Assembly: GCA_023139105.1 (NCBI GenBank)
Contig: JAGLOF010000089.1
Span: 1,807 to 65,806 of the forward strand
Origin: a bacterium
GTDB lineage: Bacteria; Zhuqueibacterota; QNDG01; JAGLOF01
Direction: 5' to 3'
Length of the DNA: 64,000 nucleotides
In this document: positions 9,646-19,646 of the stretch, one piece after another
How the letters are laid out: every line of letters starts with the position of its first letter
Position numbering within the stretch: position 1 is the first letter of the stretch
The notes under the pieces: model-generated
Told to the model about the DNA's origin: nothing
Databases searched by the model: none
What the model saw: only the letters and a program-made list of their open reading frames with translations
Made by a program: the position numbers and the translations under genes

Positions 9646-11448
9646 CTAAAACAGTTCAATGTTATCGTCCAGACTGTCATCTCCTTCAGCTACTACAGCA
9701 TCCGTTTCAACAGTTTTCCTTTTTCCCTCACTGCCACTTACCAATAAACGTTCATGATTATCTCTTTCCCCTTGCATTGTATACATAGAAGTGATATTTT
9801 CTATATTTTTCTTATTCAACAAGACATCACCATCATCATATTCCGAATCGTTAATACTGATTTTGTCAAATATTTCAATAACCGGGCCCAGAACCTGTGC
9901 ATATGCATGATGCATATTGACATTAATCACAATATCATCTATCAGACTCTGTAGAGATCCTGATTGATCTTCAAGAACTTTTAATTCACCTTGTCCTGAT
10001 TCAAGAATTGATTTCAGGCTTGTGGCTTTTAAATTTAAATCATCAATAATTTCCTGAATTATATCAACTATACTTACATTAGTTTCCTGCTGTGAATCAT
10101 CAACATTGAGTATTAAACTCATTTCCTTCATTTCACCAATATGTATATCAAGTTCATGCATATCCTTATTGGCTCTATGAGACAACTTCACTACTTCCTG
10201 AACTAAAACGCCCAAAGCAGCACCGTCACTGCCAAGATGCGCCGCTTTTATTATACCGTTCTTGGCTAGTAAATCAATTTCATCATCTATATTGGCGATT
10301 TCAGAAATTGCTAGTTGAACAGCATGAAGTTCACCTGCAACAGGGCTTAACATATTACTGAGCTCTTTATGATTTTCATTTAGAGTTAGAAAGGAATCTA
10401 CAACCAATTGAATATTGGATTGAATTACTTCTATATAGGAATCACTTTTGTCTGATGTATAACTTGCAAAACTGGCAACAGCCAAATACATCTTATTTGC
10501 TTGAATAGCAACTTCTGATAAATTTTGTAAAAGTGTTTCTGTAGCATCTGTTATATTTTTCATTGCAGTATTTAATTGAATTGCCTGCAACTTGAGTAGA
10601 TGCGCATTGCCTTTGCTTATTGCTTGTCCACCATTAACAGAATCACATGTTTCATTCTGCTCTGATTTACATATCTCAAGACTAATGCCCTGCAATACTT
10701 CCACTACATGCTCAATTTGCTGCCGCGTTATATCATGAAACTGTATTGCAGTCACAATACCTGAAACTTCAGAAGATATTGATTGGGAGTGGAGTGAAAT
10801 ATCAGATGCTGAATGTGAACAACTCTCTTGCAGCTGTGAAACCATACTAAGGCAACCCTGTAGACCTTCAATAACACTCTGAGACTGTTGAAATTCCTTC
10901 TCCCTGGTACTTCCCAAGAGCAAAAAACATTCATCAATAATACTAATAAGACCCTTTATTTTTTTCAGGACTTCCGTTACTCTGGACTGAGAAGCCTCTG
11001 CCAGGTTATCAATTTCTATTGACAAAGTCTCAAGGAGCTGCCCCCTGTCACCCAGACGGGCCGTTTCAATACGGATGGAAATTGCATACCTTTTAAGATC
11101 CTTGACATGCTTTTTAAATCTTAATATATAAGGATTTATCATTGCAATGGTTTGAGAAAGTTTCCGGAGATTTTCAATGGTTTTTAGAATTTGACGGTTA
11201 TTATAATCCAGATAACGATCTATCCTGCCAAGCAGATCCTGAAAATCTTCTATTGTGCTATTAATTGTGCCTTCTGTAAAAATCTGAATAAAGTCGGAAG
11301 CGGATGTTGATGTTCTGCGGCTAAAGGACTGTATAGTCTGAAGGTTATTCCCCATTCCTAAAACTTCAATCTCAGTAGTTAAAATGAGGTCAGAAAAATC
11401 TTTACATATTTCTTTAATATTAATGCTGGTACTTTGGGGAGATTTCAT
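9646..11448 (-). CDS. Cytoplasmic MCP-like chemoreceptor homologue (degenerate MCP signalling motifs, no TM segments)
   Basis: Two segments resemble the MCP hairpin-tip consensus (NAAIEAARAGE.GRGFAVVA.EVRKLA): YAISIRIETARLGDRGQLLETLSIEIDNLAEAS and IDLLAKNGIIKAAHLGSDGAALGVLVQEVVKLS. No hydrophobic TM helices. C-terminus ends ...DDNIELF. Confidence 0.6.
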   Translation of the reverse strand: MKSPQSTSINIKEICKDFSDLILTTEIEVLGMGNNLQTIQSFSRRTSTSASDFIQIFTEGTINSTIEDFQDLLGRIDRYLDYNNRQILKTIENLRKLSQTIAMINPYILRFKKHVKDLKRYAISIRIETARLGDRGQLLETLSIEIDNLAEASQSRVTEVLKKIKGLISIIDECFLLLGSTREKEFQQSQSVIEGLQGCLSMVSQLQESCSHSASDISLHSQSISSEVSGIVTAIQFHDITRQQIEHVVEVLQGISLEICKSEQNETCDSVNGGQAISKGNAHLLKLQAIQLNTAMKNITDATETLLQNLSEVAIQANKMYLAVASFASYTSDKSDSYIEVIQSNIQLVVDSFLTLNENHKELSNMLSPVAGELHAVQLAISEIANIDDEIDLLAKNGIIKAAHLGSDGAALGVLVQEVVKLSHRANKDMHELDIHIGEMKEMSLILNVDDSQQETNVSIVDIIQEIIDDLNLKATSLKSILESGQGELKVLEDQSGSLQSLIDDIVINVNMHHAYAQVLGPVIEIFDKISINDSEYDDGDVLLNKKNIENITSMYTMQGERDNHERLLVSGSEGKRKTVETDAVVAEGDDSLDDNIELF

Positions 11449-11937
11449 TAGCCGTATCCAAATTAAATGAATGATTTATATTTTTGAATCAAATGTTATG
11501 CCATTCATCTATAGTGCGTATTAACATTTTAAAAAACAAGTAGTTATACAAATAACATATATTTATAAAAATCAACATCACGTTTGTCAATTTGACACAT
11601 AAAAATTTTAATAGTTAATATTGAACACTTTCATGTCTATTAACCTTTAAAAATATTTTTTAAGGTGTGGACGTTACTGCACTCTTTTGGAGTTGTGAAA
11701 AGAGCAGTGCAGCATATCTCCGGGGATTAACATGGAGATTACATGGAGTGCCAAAGAAGGAGCCAGAACAAATTTTCACGGAATAAAATGGAAGGCAGAT
11801 GTTGCGTTTTCTTTGAAGAATCCGTGTATATAATTGAAAAAAATTACTGTCTATGTGGAGGAGAAAAAAAATATTGCCCTTTCAGGTGATCTACTCTGAA
11901 TTCAAAATATTTCTTATCAATGCTAATATGCAGTATT

Positions 11938-13212
11938 TTATATCTTCTTAAAAAGTTCTTCCAGCTCCTGCCGCAATCCGGCTGACAGGTCTTCTTTCAA
12001 AATTGAAACTATAGAATTCTCCAATTTTTTCAATGTCTTTACCCAATTTTTTTTATAGCCTTTATCCATTAAAGAGTCGTGCCATTTATATATATTTTTA
12101 TAAATTTTATATGATTTTTTAATTGTCTTATATGAGAGTTGTTCTTTGAGAATACTCTTGGCAATTTTATTCTCAGGATAGCTTTTCCCATATTTAGTCA
12201 GAGTCTCTAAAATGCAGATTGTTTTCAAAGGAGATAATTTTATCTCCTTCTCTGCCAATTCTAACATTTGCTTCATCCAAAGTTGTACTGCCTCAGATTC
12301 ATCAGGTATATTAAACTGTGATAAGTTCTGATCAATTAAAAGAGGCCTGTCAAGAGCATTTAATCCTATTTCAAACCAATGTGCATCAGGATAAGCATGA
12401 TCCATACCGGGAACTTCTACGTAAGCGGCCCATTTTTTACCTTCTTCTCTGTATGCTTCCCATACCTTTAATGTCTGAAGCTGATTAAAATCATGACTAC
12501 CGGTTAATAGTGTATAGTGATTTGCATGCCCTTTTATATATAACCCTTCGTTATAATAAGGTAAAAATCCGGTAATATAATGGCCTTCGGAATCCAATAG
12601 CAATTCATCTTTATAGTTACACCCAATAATATAGTAACCCCCTGAGAATAATTCAGGGTATACTATAGCTAATCTACTGGCAATTCTTCCACCACCTGAA
12701 AGTCCAGCTACATATATTCGGTGGAGGTCAATATTATATACATTTTTGATATTATGCAAGGCATCCAAAGAAAGTGCCATGCGTTCGGGAATCCCTCTTT
12801 CATTACCAATATTATTGCCGCCAATCCAAATAAATTTTTGTTTGTCAAGTACTGGCAGATATGCATCCGGAGGTCCGCCTCCTTTAAATGCCGAGATCCA
12901 GATAATTAACCCATACGGTTCAGAACCATGATATTCAGCAGGAACATACGCAGAAAAACTTTCATGTTTCAGATTATAAGGCCTGGGAATTATAAATACT
13001 TCATCTTCTGCCATTTTATCCCATCCATTTCTTTCAATCATGGATGCGGCATTACTCAATGGATGTCTGTCATCTGTATCATAAGTCAGTATCATCCTTC
13101 CGGTATTTATGCTATCACCGATACTATCAGGATGTGTATTGACACTATCAAATGCAGAGCTTGATTTAAAAAATATGATTAACATTACAAAATAAATATT
13201 CTTCATTTTCAT
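11938..13212 (-). CDS. Secreted alpha/beta-hydrolase, PHB-depolymerase-family esterase (GxSxG) with Lys-rich C-terminal extension
   Basis: Signal peptide MKMKNIYFVMLIIFFKSSSA. Nucleophile elbow YVAGLSGGGRIAS typical of the Esterase_PHB family. Confidence 0.75.
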   Translation of the reverse strand: MKMKNIYFVMLIIFFKSSSAFDSVNTHPDSIGDSINTGRMILTYDTDDRHPLSNAASMIERNGWDKMAEDEVFIIPRPYNLKHESFSAYVPAEYHGSEPYGLIIWISAFKGGGPPDAYLPVLDKQKFIWIGGNNIGNERGIPERMALSLDALHNIKNVYNIDLHRIYVAGLSGGGRIASRLAIVYPELFSGGYYIIGCNYKDELLLDSEGHYITGFLPYYNEGLYIKGHANHYTLLTGSHDFNQLQTLKVWEAYREEGKKWAAYVEVPGMDHAYPDAHWFEIGLNALDRPLLIDQNLSQFNIPDESEAVQLWMKQMLELAEKEIKLSPLKTICILETLTKYGKSYPENKIAKSILKEQLSYKTIKKSYKIYKNIYKWHDSLMDKGYKKNWVKTLKKLENSIVSILKEDLSAGLRQELEELFKKI

Positions 13213-13402
13213 CCGCCTCTGTATAATATGGAGTGTAATTCTTTAATTTGCATGCATATCTTTAACAATATTAATTTTCCTGAAAATGATATTAAAGGCT
13301 ATTATTACTCCGACGATAAAAATACCTTGCATAAATATTGAAATTTTACGGCGCAGCAGTGTCAATTCATTCTTGCAGGATTAATAATTCCACTGTATAA
13401 GT

Positions 13403-14278
13403 TTAAATTAAGCCTAGATTAGAAACTATTGCCACCAGAGTAAAAGTTACTCCGAGACTCATGGCAGGAGGATCAATATGTGTGTCACCGTGTATAAGAA
13501 AGAGACATGCAAATAGTTCACAGAGATAGGCAGCTAATACACCAACCACAACGCCCCACAACAAAGATCCCGAAGCCAGAACAGCCAATTCAGCAGATAG
13601 AATAATATGCAATGTAACAGGTATACGCGCTCCAAAATGAAAAAAGAAAAGTGTCATTGCCGAAATACCGAACAATAGTCCGGCAGCTTGTGGCATGCGC
13701 ATCACCACTCCACCGGCCAGTATAGACAGAGCAACAGCGGTGACAAGTACTTGAAGAGTATGTGATGGCCACGGCTGCCACTCTTCAGGCCGGGAGAGAC
13801 GCCAGCGAGATCCACCCTCCGGTACTTTGCCAAAGATGCCGGTCTTTCCAAAAAGGAGCCGGGCTGCAAAACCAATAAACACAATAGACAGACCTATGGT
13901 ATTTGTCCATTCGAGACCATCAAAAATTTTTATTTTTGATAAAATTAAATTAATAATGTATCCGGATAGACCAAAGAGGCCGCCAACAATGAGAATGGAT
14001 GGATTGTTTCCACCGTACAGTGATGCCAGCACATTGCGACCGGAACAGAGAAAACCACGTTTTGCAGCATATGCTGCAGCTCCAAGCCCACCGGCAAAAA
14101 CTACATGTGGCCCCAGAAAGGGCCCCCATGTGATAACTTGCTGATATGTCATGTCTCCGGTTGACATATAGATAACAGTTCCCACAAGGGCAGATAGTCC
14201 ACATAAGCCAAATCCATTAAGCCCACCCAGAGCGGCACCTAGAACGCCACCGGAAAAAGCAATGAGAAAATTCACCAT
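13403..14278 (-). CDS. Gly-rich polytopic membrane protein of unknown function
   Basis: About 8 hydrophobic helices. GC-richer than neighbouring genes. Lies directly downstream of the PKS on the same strand. Confidence 0.6.
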   Translation of the reverse strand: MVNFLIAFSGGVLGAALGGLNGFGLCGLSALVGTVIYMSTGDMTYQQVITWGPFLGPHVVFAGGLGAAAYAAKRGFLCSGRNVLASLYGGNNPSILIVGGLFGLSGYIINLILSKIKIFDGLEWTNTIGLSIVFIGFAARLLFGKTGIFGKVPEGGSRWRLSRPEEWQPWPSHTLQVLVTAVALSILAGGVVMRMPQAAGLLFGISAMTLFFFHFGARIPVTLHIILSAELAVLASGSLLWGVVVGVLAAYLCELFACLFLIHGDTHIDPPAMSLGVTFTLVAIVSNLGLI

Positions 14279-14315
14279 AATATAATCCTGTTTACTGATT
14301 GATGATCAATATCAC

Positions 14316-17300
14316 TTAATAACTGTTATCAACTACATCTGCTAATTCTTTCACTGTCGGATTGTCCATCACATCACGAATCGAAACATTTGCATCCACT
14401 ACTTTCTTGAGACGTGAGATTAGTGTTGTAGCCAGGAGAGAGTGACCACCCAGTTCATAGAAGTTGTCATTCTGGCCAATCTCATCAATACCGAAGAGCA
14501 TGCTCCAAATCTCCGCAATCACCTTCTCTGTATCGGTTTCAGGAATCTTGAAAGCGGATGTCAAAGATGGCCGCTGATACCTGGGGCGGGCAGCATTTTC
14601 TTCCAAAATTCTCTCTTTTTCCTTTAGGATTTCACGACGAATCCATAAATCTACACGAATATCAAGATCACGAGTTGAGACTATTATCTGCGGAGCCCCT
14701 CTCCAGGCAATGATACGGCGGAATGCCTCCACACCCTCATTGGACATGATACCGTCGCGGAGTTCTTTCTCCAACCAACTGTGCAGCTCATCAGGCATCT
14801 GAGTAGTAAGTCCCATACCGACTTCGCCCCACATGTCCCAATTCACGGAAATCACAGATCCTCTTCGGCGTGAATGCCATTGAGCTGCAAATGCATCCAG
14901 GAAACAATTAGCCGCGCAGTAATCTCCCAGGCCTATACCGCCCAATACTGATGCAATAGATGAACAGAGCAGAAAAAAGTCAAGATCTCTATCCCCTAAT
15001 ATCCGGTCGAGTATGAGCGTTCCCTTAACCTTGGGAGCAAAAATCTTCTCTGCACTTTCGGGACGTTTGAGTTGGAGTATGCCTTCACCGGTCAGACCGG
15101 CTGCATGAATTACACCGTCAATAGTGCCCCACTTTAGGTCCACATCAGTGATAACGCTTCTCATATCTTCTTCAGAGCACACATCTGCGGCAAAGATCAG
15201 CACCTCTGCACCCGCTTTCTCTATATTCCTGATGGCCCTGATCTTTTTCTTTATTGCCTTATCCGTTTTCCGGCTTCGTAAAAGCCAGGACCATTTTGAC
15301 CGTTCCGGCAGAGGCGAACGGCTGACCAGTGCAAGGCGTGCATGTGAATGTTCTGCAAGATATTCAGCCAGCACAAGTCCCAGGCCGCCCAGACCACCTG
15401 TTATAAGATAGATGCCTTTATCACGAATTGACCACGATTCAGAAGGCGTCTCAAGCTTCACTGGCTCAAAACGCTGTACCCAACGATAACCATTGCGCAG
15501 GGCTGTCATGGGTTCTTCATCACTATTTAAAATTTCTGAGATCAGGACTTCTGTAATACTCTTAAAATCAGTTAAAAGAGGTAAATCTATTGCACGGCAG
15601 AATACATTAGGATACTCTTGAGGGATTACTTTAATAGCACCAAGTACAGTGGCTTTTTCTGGACGTATTACTTCTCCTCCCAGCACATCGTGGAGTCCAT
15701 CCGATATTACTGTTAAAGAAATTTCATCAGTCATATTATTCTGACTCATCACCTGGGCCAGAAAGAGTAAACTGAAAAACCCCAGATACTGGGTATCATC
15801 CAAAGAATCGTCCAGATTGATCGGAGTGGGCATATCAACTGTCCAGCAGTGAATAATACGGACGAGATTCTTTTCCAATGCCATCAAGCGTTCAAACAAG
15901 CTGTCATAGTCGCAGCGGTGTCCAGGGTGTAGAGAGTAGCCATTATCCTTCTCCTCAAAGCCTTTGCCTGGATATATAGGGATCACATCCAGGCCCCGGG
16001 ATCTCAGTGTATCTATTAATAAATCGCAAGATCCATTGGAGGGAGCAAATACCAGACAGCTCCCTTTGATCTCAGTTTTCTCTGATTGAGATTGATTGAC
16101 GTAACGGCTCCATGTGGGAACCGAAAACCATCGATCCATATCCGGCTCTTTGTGAAGCTGCTCCCACCTGGAAGGCGGCCTTACCTGAAAGGGTTGTACC
16201 GGAAAACGCTGATAATCAAATGAATATGTGGGAAGAGAAATACGTTTTCTCTTCTCGTATTGGAAGAATATATTCCAATCAATATTGATACCGCTGGACC
16301 ACAGACTACCCAGTGTATTAAGTACAAATTCAAAAGATTTGTCTGACTCATTAGCTCCGGGCAGCGATGAAAGTACAGGTATTCCTGAAAACTGTTCTCG
16401 ATGCATGCGTGTCAACGAAGCAAGGGTACGACCTGGCCCTACCTCCAAAATTACTTGAGAATCAGTTTTCAATTTTTGGACAGCTTCTGAAAAACGCACA
16501 GGCATACGCACATTATCTACCCAATAACGGGCATTAGTGATCTCTTTTGCCGTCACCAATCTACCTTTAACCGTTGAAATAATTGGTATGGCAGGTGCTT
16601 TGAAGGAGATTTTCTTGATCTCCTTTTGAAATTCTTCCAAAATAGAATCCATCATTCTGGAGTGAAAAGCATGAGATGTATGAAGATATTTAGAGCTCAC
16701 ACCCTCCAATTCTAATTTTTCCTGAAATCCGGCTACAAAATCTTCCTGACCGGAAACAACAGTGAGTGAAGGAGCATTAATAGCTGCCAGGTCGAAGCTG
16801 GTATCCATTCGTGATATCAGTTCTTCTTCAGAAAGAGTTACAGCCAACATGACACCAGTAGGCAGAGACTGCATGAGCTTGCCTCGTTGTGCTACCAGCC
16901 GTACCGCCTCTTCCATAGAAAAAACACCGGCTACACAGGCAGCCACATATTCACCAATGCTATGCCCAAGTAGCACGGCGGGCTTAATTCCCCAATGCAT
17001 CCAGAGTTTGGCCATAGCATAGGAGACTATAAAAATTGCAGGCTGAGCAAAAGTTGTCAGTTTAAGCTTTATAGCGGCAGATTCATCATGTGGGTCAGCA
17101 TTCAACAGGTTACGAATATCTTCATGGATGAGCGGCGTAAGAATATTGGCACAACGGTCTACAATATCCCGGTAAACAGGCTCATGCTCATAAAGATCTT
17201 TACCCATACCCGGGTATTGTGCTCCTTGTCCTGGAAATAGAAAGGCCGTAGTTTTGAAAAGAGCTTGATCAGCACTCTTTCTCTTTCCCGGAGAAGCAAA

Positions 17301-18818
17301 ACTTAGGGTGCCATCTCCGGATGCAATTGCCCAGGTACGATGAGAAAAACTGCGGCGTCCCACAGCAAGAGTATATGCAACATCGGCCAGGTTGACAGAT
17401 TTTTTGCACACAGCCAGACTGAGATTCTTTTCCATCCTCTCAAGAGCTGATTCGCTACGTGCCGACACAGGTAGAAGCTGGGCGGGACGACATGATTTTT
17501 CAGCTGATGCTTGTGGCACTTCCTCAACGATCATATGAGCATTCGTGCCGCCGAAACCAAAGGCACTGACTCCCGCTCTGCGGGGAGATCCGTTCGCCTG
17601 CCAGGAAATTCTCTTCTTATTTATACTGAAGGGAATGTTCTTAAGATCAATTTCAGGATTTGGTTTCTTGAAATTGAGTGTAGGAGGAATCTCTTTCTCT
17701 TTGAGCATATTAACAATCTTGATGAGTGAGGCTACTCCAGCAGCAATATTCACATGGCCAATGTTGGTTTTAACCGATCCCAGAACACAACGATGACCAT
17801 TGACATTTTGAAAAACCCTGGCAAGTGCCTTGACTTCAATAGGATCACCTATGCGTGTTGCTGTACCATGCGCTTCTACATAATCAATGCTGTCTGCGGT
17901 AACCTGAGCCGCCCGGTGCGCTGCAACTATTACGGCCTGCTGCCCATCAATACTAGGCGCAGTAAAACCTGCTTTACGTCCTCCGTCATTATTTATTGCT
18001 GATCCCTTAATAATTGCCACGACAGGATCTCTGTCATCCAGGGCTTTCTGCAGGGGTTTAAGCAGCACAACTCCTGCACCATCTCCGAAAACAGTTCCAT
18101 CAGCAGCTGCATCAAAAGTACGGCATCGTCCGTCTTTGGAGACCATGAGCCCCTCCTGATAGAGATATCCGCTTTTGTTAGGCAGAGTAATTGAAACACC
18201 GCCTGCCAGGGCCATATCGCATTCACCCTGAAGCAGACTCTGACAGGCCAGATGCACGGCAACCAGCGACGTTGAGCAGGCAGAAAGCAAGGTAAAGCTC
18301 GGGCCTCTTAAATTTAATTTATATGCTATTCTGGTTGAGACATAATCGCGGTAATTAACCAGAAAAGTGTCTACTGTTTCAGATGGATTGCCATGCCTGT
18401 GTTCTAAATGACGCAGCCATGTTTGATTCTCATTAGCTCCAAAAAAAGTACCAATGAGTCCTTGATATTCAAATGGATTATATCCTCCATCTTCCAGTGA
18501 CTCCCATGCCACATGATGCAATAGACGGATCTGGGGGTCCATCTTCTCTGCCTCACGGGGTGGATATCCAAAAAAGTCGGCATCAAAAAGAACTATGTTT
18601 TCCACAATGCCCTTGGCTTTAACATAACGTTTATCTCGAATCAGCGTAGCCGGGATTCCCTCAGAAAGCAGTTCATCGTCAGTAAAACGTGAAATAGACT
18701 GAGTGCCATTACGTATATTCTTCCAAAATTCATCAATGGACCCTGCACCTGGGAAACGTCCTGCCATACCGATTATTGCAATCTCGCCCGGGTTCCTGCT
18801 AACATGTTCGTTGGTCAT
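14316..18818 (-). CDS. Single-module type I polyketide synthase: KS-AT-(psiKR)-KR-ACP
   Basis: KS active-site Cys in TLLSACSTSLVAVHLA plus HGTAT/NIGH His motifs. AT motif GHSIGEYVAACVAGV. KR Rossmann motif YLITGGLGGLGL. ACP motif LGGHSLLATTL. No DH, ER or TE domains. Confidence 0.92.
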   Translation of the reverse strand: MTNEHVSRNPGEIAIIGMAGRFPGAGSIDEFWKNIRNGTQSISRFTDDELLSEGIPATLIRDKRYVKAKGIVENIVLFDADFFGYPPREAEKMDPQIRLLHHVAWESLEDGGYNPFEYQGLIGTFFGANENQTWLRHLEHRHGNPSETVDTFLVNYRDYVSTRIAYKLNLRGPSFTLLSACSTSLVAVHLACQSLLQGECDMALAGGVSITLPNKSGYLYQEGLMVSKDGRCRTFDAAADGTVFGDGAGVVLLKPLQKALDDRDPVVAIIKGSAINNDGGRKAGFTAPSIDGQQAVIVAAHRAAQVTADSIDYVEAHGTATRIGDPIEVKALARVFQNVNGHRCVLGSVKTNIGHVNIAAGVASLIKIVNMLKEKEIPPTLNFKKPNPEIDLKNIPFSINKKRISWQANGSPRRAGVSAFGFGGTNAHMIVEEVPQASAEKSCRPAQLLPVSARSESALERMEKNLSLAVCKKSVNLADVAYTLAVGRRSFSHRTWAIASGDGTLSFASPGKRKSADQALFKTTAFLFPGQGAQYPGMGKDLYEHEPVYRDIVDRCANILTPLIHEDIRNLLNADPHDESAAIKLKLTTFAQPAIFIVSYAMAKLWMHWGIKPAVLLGHSIGEYVAACVAGVFSMEEAVRLVAQRGKLMQSLPTGVMLAVTLSEEELISRMDTSFDLAAINAPSLTVVSGQEDFVAGFQEKLELEGVSSKYLHTSHAFHSRMMDSILEEFQKEIKKISFKAPAIPIISTVKGRLVTAKEITNARYWVDNVRMPVRFSEAVQKLKTDSQVILEVGPGRTLASLTRMHREQFSGIPVLSSLPGANESDKSFEFVLNTLGSLWSSGINIDWNIFFQYEKRKRISLPTYSFDYQRFPVQPFQVRPPSRWEQLHKEPDMDRWFSVPTWSRYVNQSQSEKTEIKGSCLVFAPSNGSCDLLIDTLRSRGLDVIPIYPGKGFEEKDNGYSLHPGHRCDYDSLFERLMALEKNLVRIIHCWTVDMPTPINLDDSLDDTQYLGFFSLLFLAQVMSQNNMTDEISLTVISDGLHDVLGGEVIRPEKATVLGAIKVIPQEYPNVFCRAIDLPLLTDFKSITEVLISEILNSDEEPMTALRNGYRWVQRFEPVKLETPSESWSIRDKGIYLITGGLGGLGLVLAEYLAEHSHARLALVSRSPLPERSKWSWLLRSRKTDKAIKKKIRAIRNIEKAGAEVLIFAADVCSEEDMRSVITDVDLKWGTIDGVIHAAGLTGEGILQLKRPESAEKIFAPKVKGTLILDRILGDRDLDFFLLCSSIASVLGGIGLGDYCAANCFLDAFAAQWHSRRRGSVISVNWDMWGEVGMGLTTQMPDELHSWLEKELRDGIMSNEGVEAFRRIIAWRGAPQIIVSTRDLDIRVDLWIRREILKEKERILEENAARPRYQRPSLTSAFKIPETDTEKVIAEIWSMLFGIDEIGQNDNFYELGGHSLLATTLISRLKKVVDANVSIRDVMDNPTVKELADVVDNSY

Positions 18819-18849
18819 ATCATCCTTAAAGTAATTGATTTATAAAAAT

Positions 18850-19620
18850 TTACATTTTTTTTGTTAAACAACTGCCTATGAATGTTTCTGTATCTAAAAT
18901 GATCAGATTTGAGCTTTGCTCTCCCCCTCTGAAACACAGAGCCGTCTTATAGTTCGGATCGATAGGAAAACATTTAAAATGCACTGATGAATCTATCACG
19001 CCATGAGCCAAAAATTGTATTTCATCTTCACTATTATATATCACAGAAAAATCTTTCAGCGAGTCGCCAAGGCCTTTGCCAGTCATTTTTAAATAACTCT
19101 CTTTCAAAGTCCATAAAGTATAGAAGAATGAGATCTGTCTCTCTTCAGGCAGGGCAAAAAGCCGACTGATCTCCGCATCTGAAAAAAAACGCAGTGCAAT
19201 ATCAATGTCTACCGGATCAATACGCTCTATGTCCGTTCCTACAGCTACATCGGCCAGTGCGCAGACAATCCACATACCCGAGTGGGCAATATTAAAATGT
19301 ATATCCTGTGATGTCTCTACAAAAGGTTTTCCTTCTCTACCTGTTTTAAAACGGATTAATCTAGGTGATATATCAAGTTTTTGACTGATGAGGTAACGGG
19401 CGAGCAGATCACCCAGTAAAGACCTGTGTGCATCCCATGCATTACGATAGCTCAGTATTCTCTCCATTTTAGCTGTTTCACATACAGTCAGCAAACGGGA
19501 AAAAGCATCCTCTTTAAAGAGCGGCGGACAATATAAAGCATAAAGATCTATCATTAAAATCCATCTTAAATAGAACAACCCTCTTGTATTGGACGTTTTT
19601 AATACATAGAGGGTTGCCAA
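18850..19620 (-). CDS. Sfp-type 4'-phosphopantetheinyl transferase
   Basis: Motifs FNIAHSG, VGTDIERI and WTLKESYLKMTGKGL. The true start may be the internal Met MIDLYALY (about 19554). Confidence 0.85.
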   Translation of the reverse strand: MATLYVLKTSNTRGLFYLRWILMIDLYALYCPPLFKEDAFSRLLTVCETAKMERILSYRNAWDAHRSLLGDLLARYLISQKLDISPRLIRFKTGREGKPFVETSQDIHFNIAHSGMWIVCALADVAVGTDIERIDPVDIDIALRFFSDAEISRLFALPEERQISFFYTLWTLKESYLKMTGKGLGDSLKDFSVIYNSEDEIQFLAHGVIDSSVHFKCFPIDPNYKTALCFRGGEQSSNLIILDTETFIGSCLTKKM

Positions 19621-19646
19621 ATTTTTTCATTTTTTAATTATAAAAT

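Noticed and set aside
9646-11448. Calling the 600-aa protein a canonical methyl-accepting chemotaxis protein
   Set aside because: Only the hairpin-tip-like motifs are recognisable, they occur twice and are degenerate, and no TM, HAMP or clear methylation heptads are visible. It is described only as MCP-like.
13590-14204. Overlapping track ORFs on both strands inside the membrane-protein gene (13590..13781, 13702..13884, 13827..14144, 13950..14204)
   Set aside because: These are products of the GC-richer composition of this gene. The 13403..14278 frame gives a coherent multi-TM protein; the others give Pro/Arg-rich nonsense.
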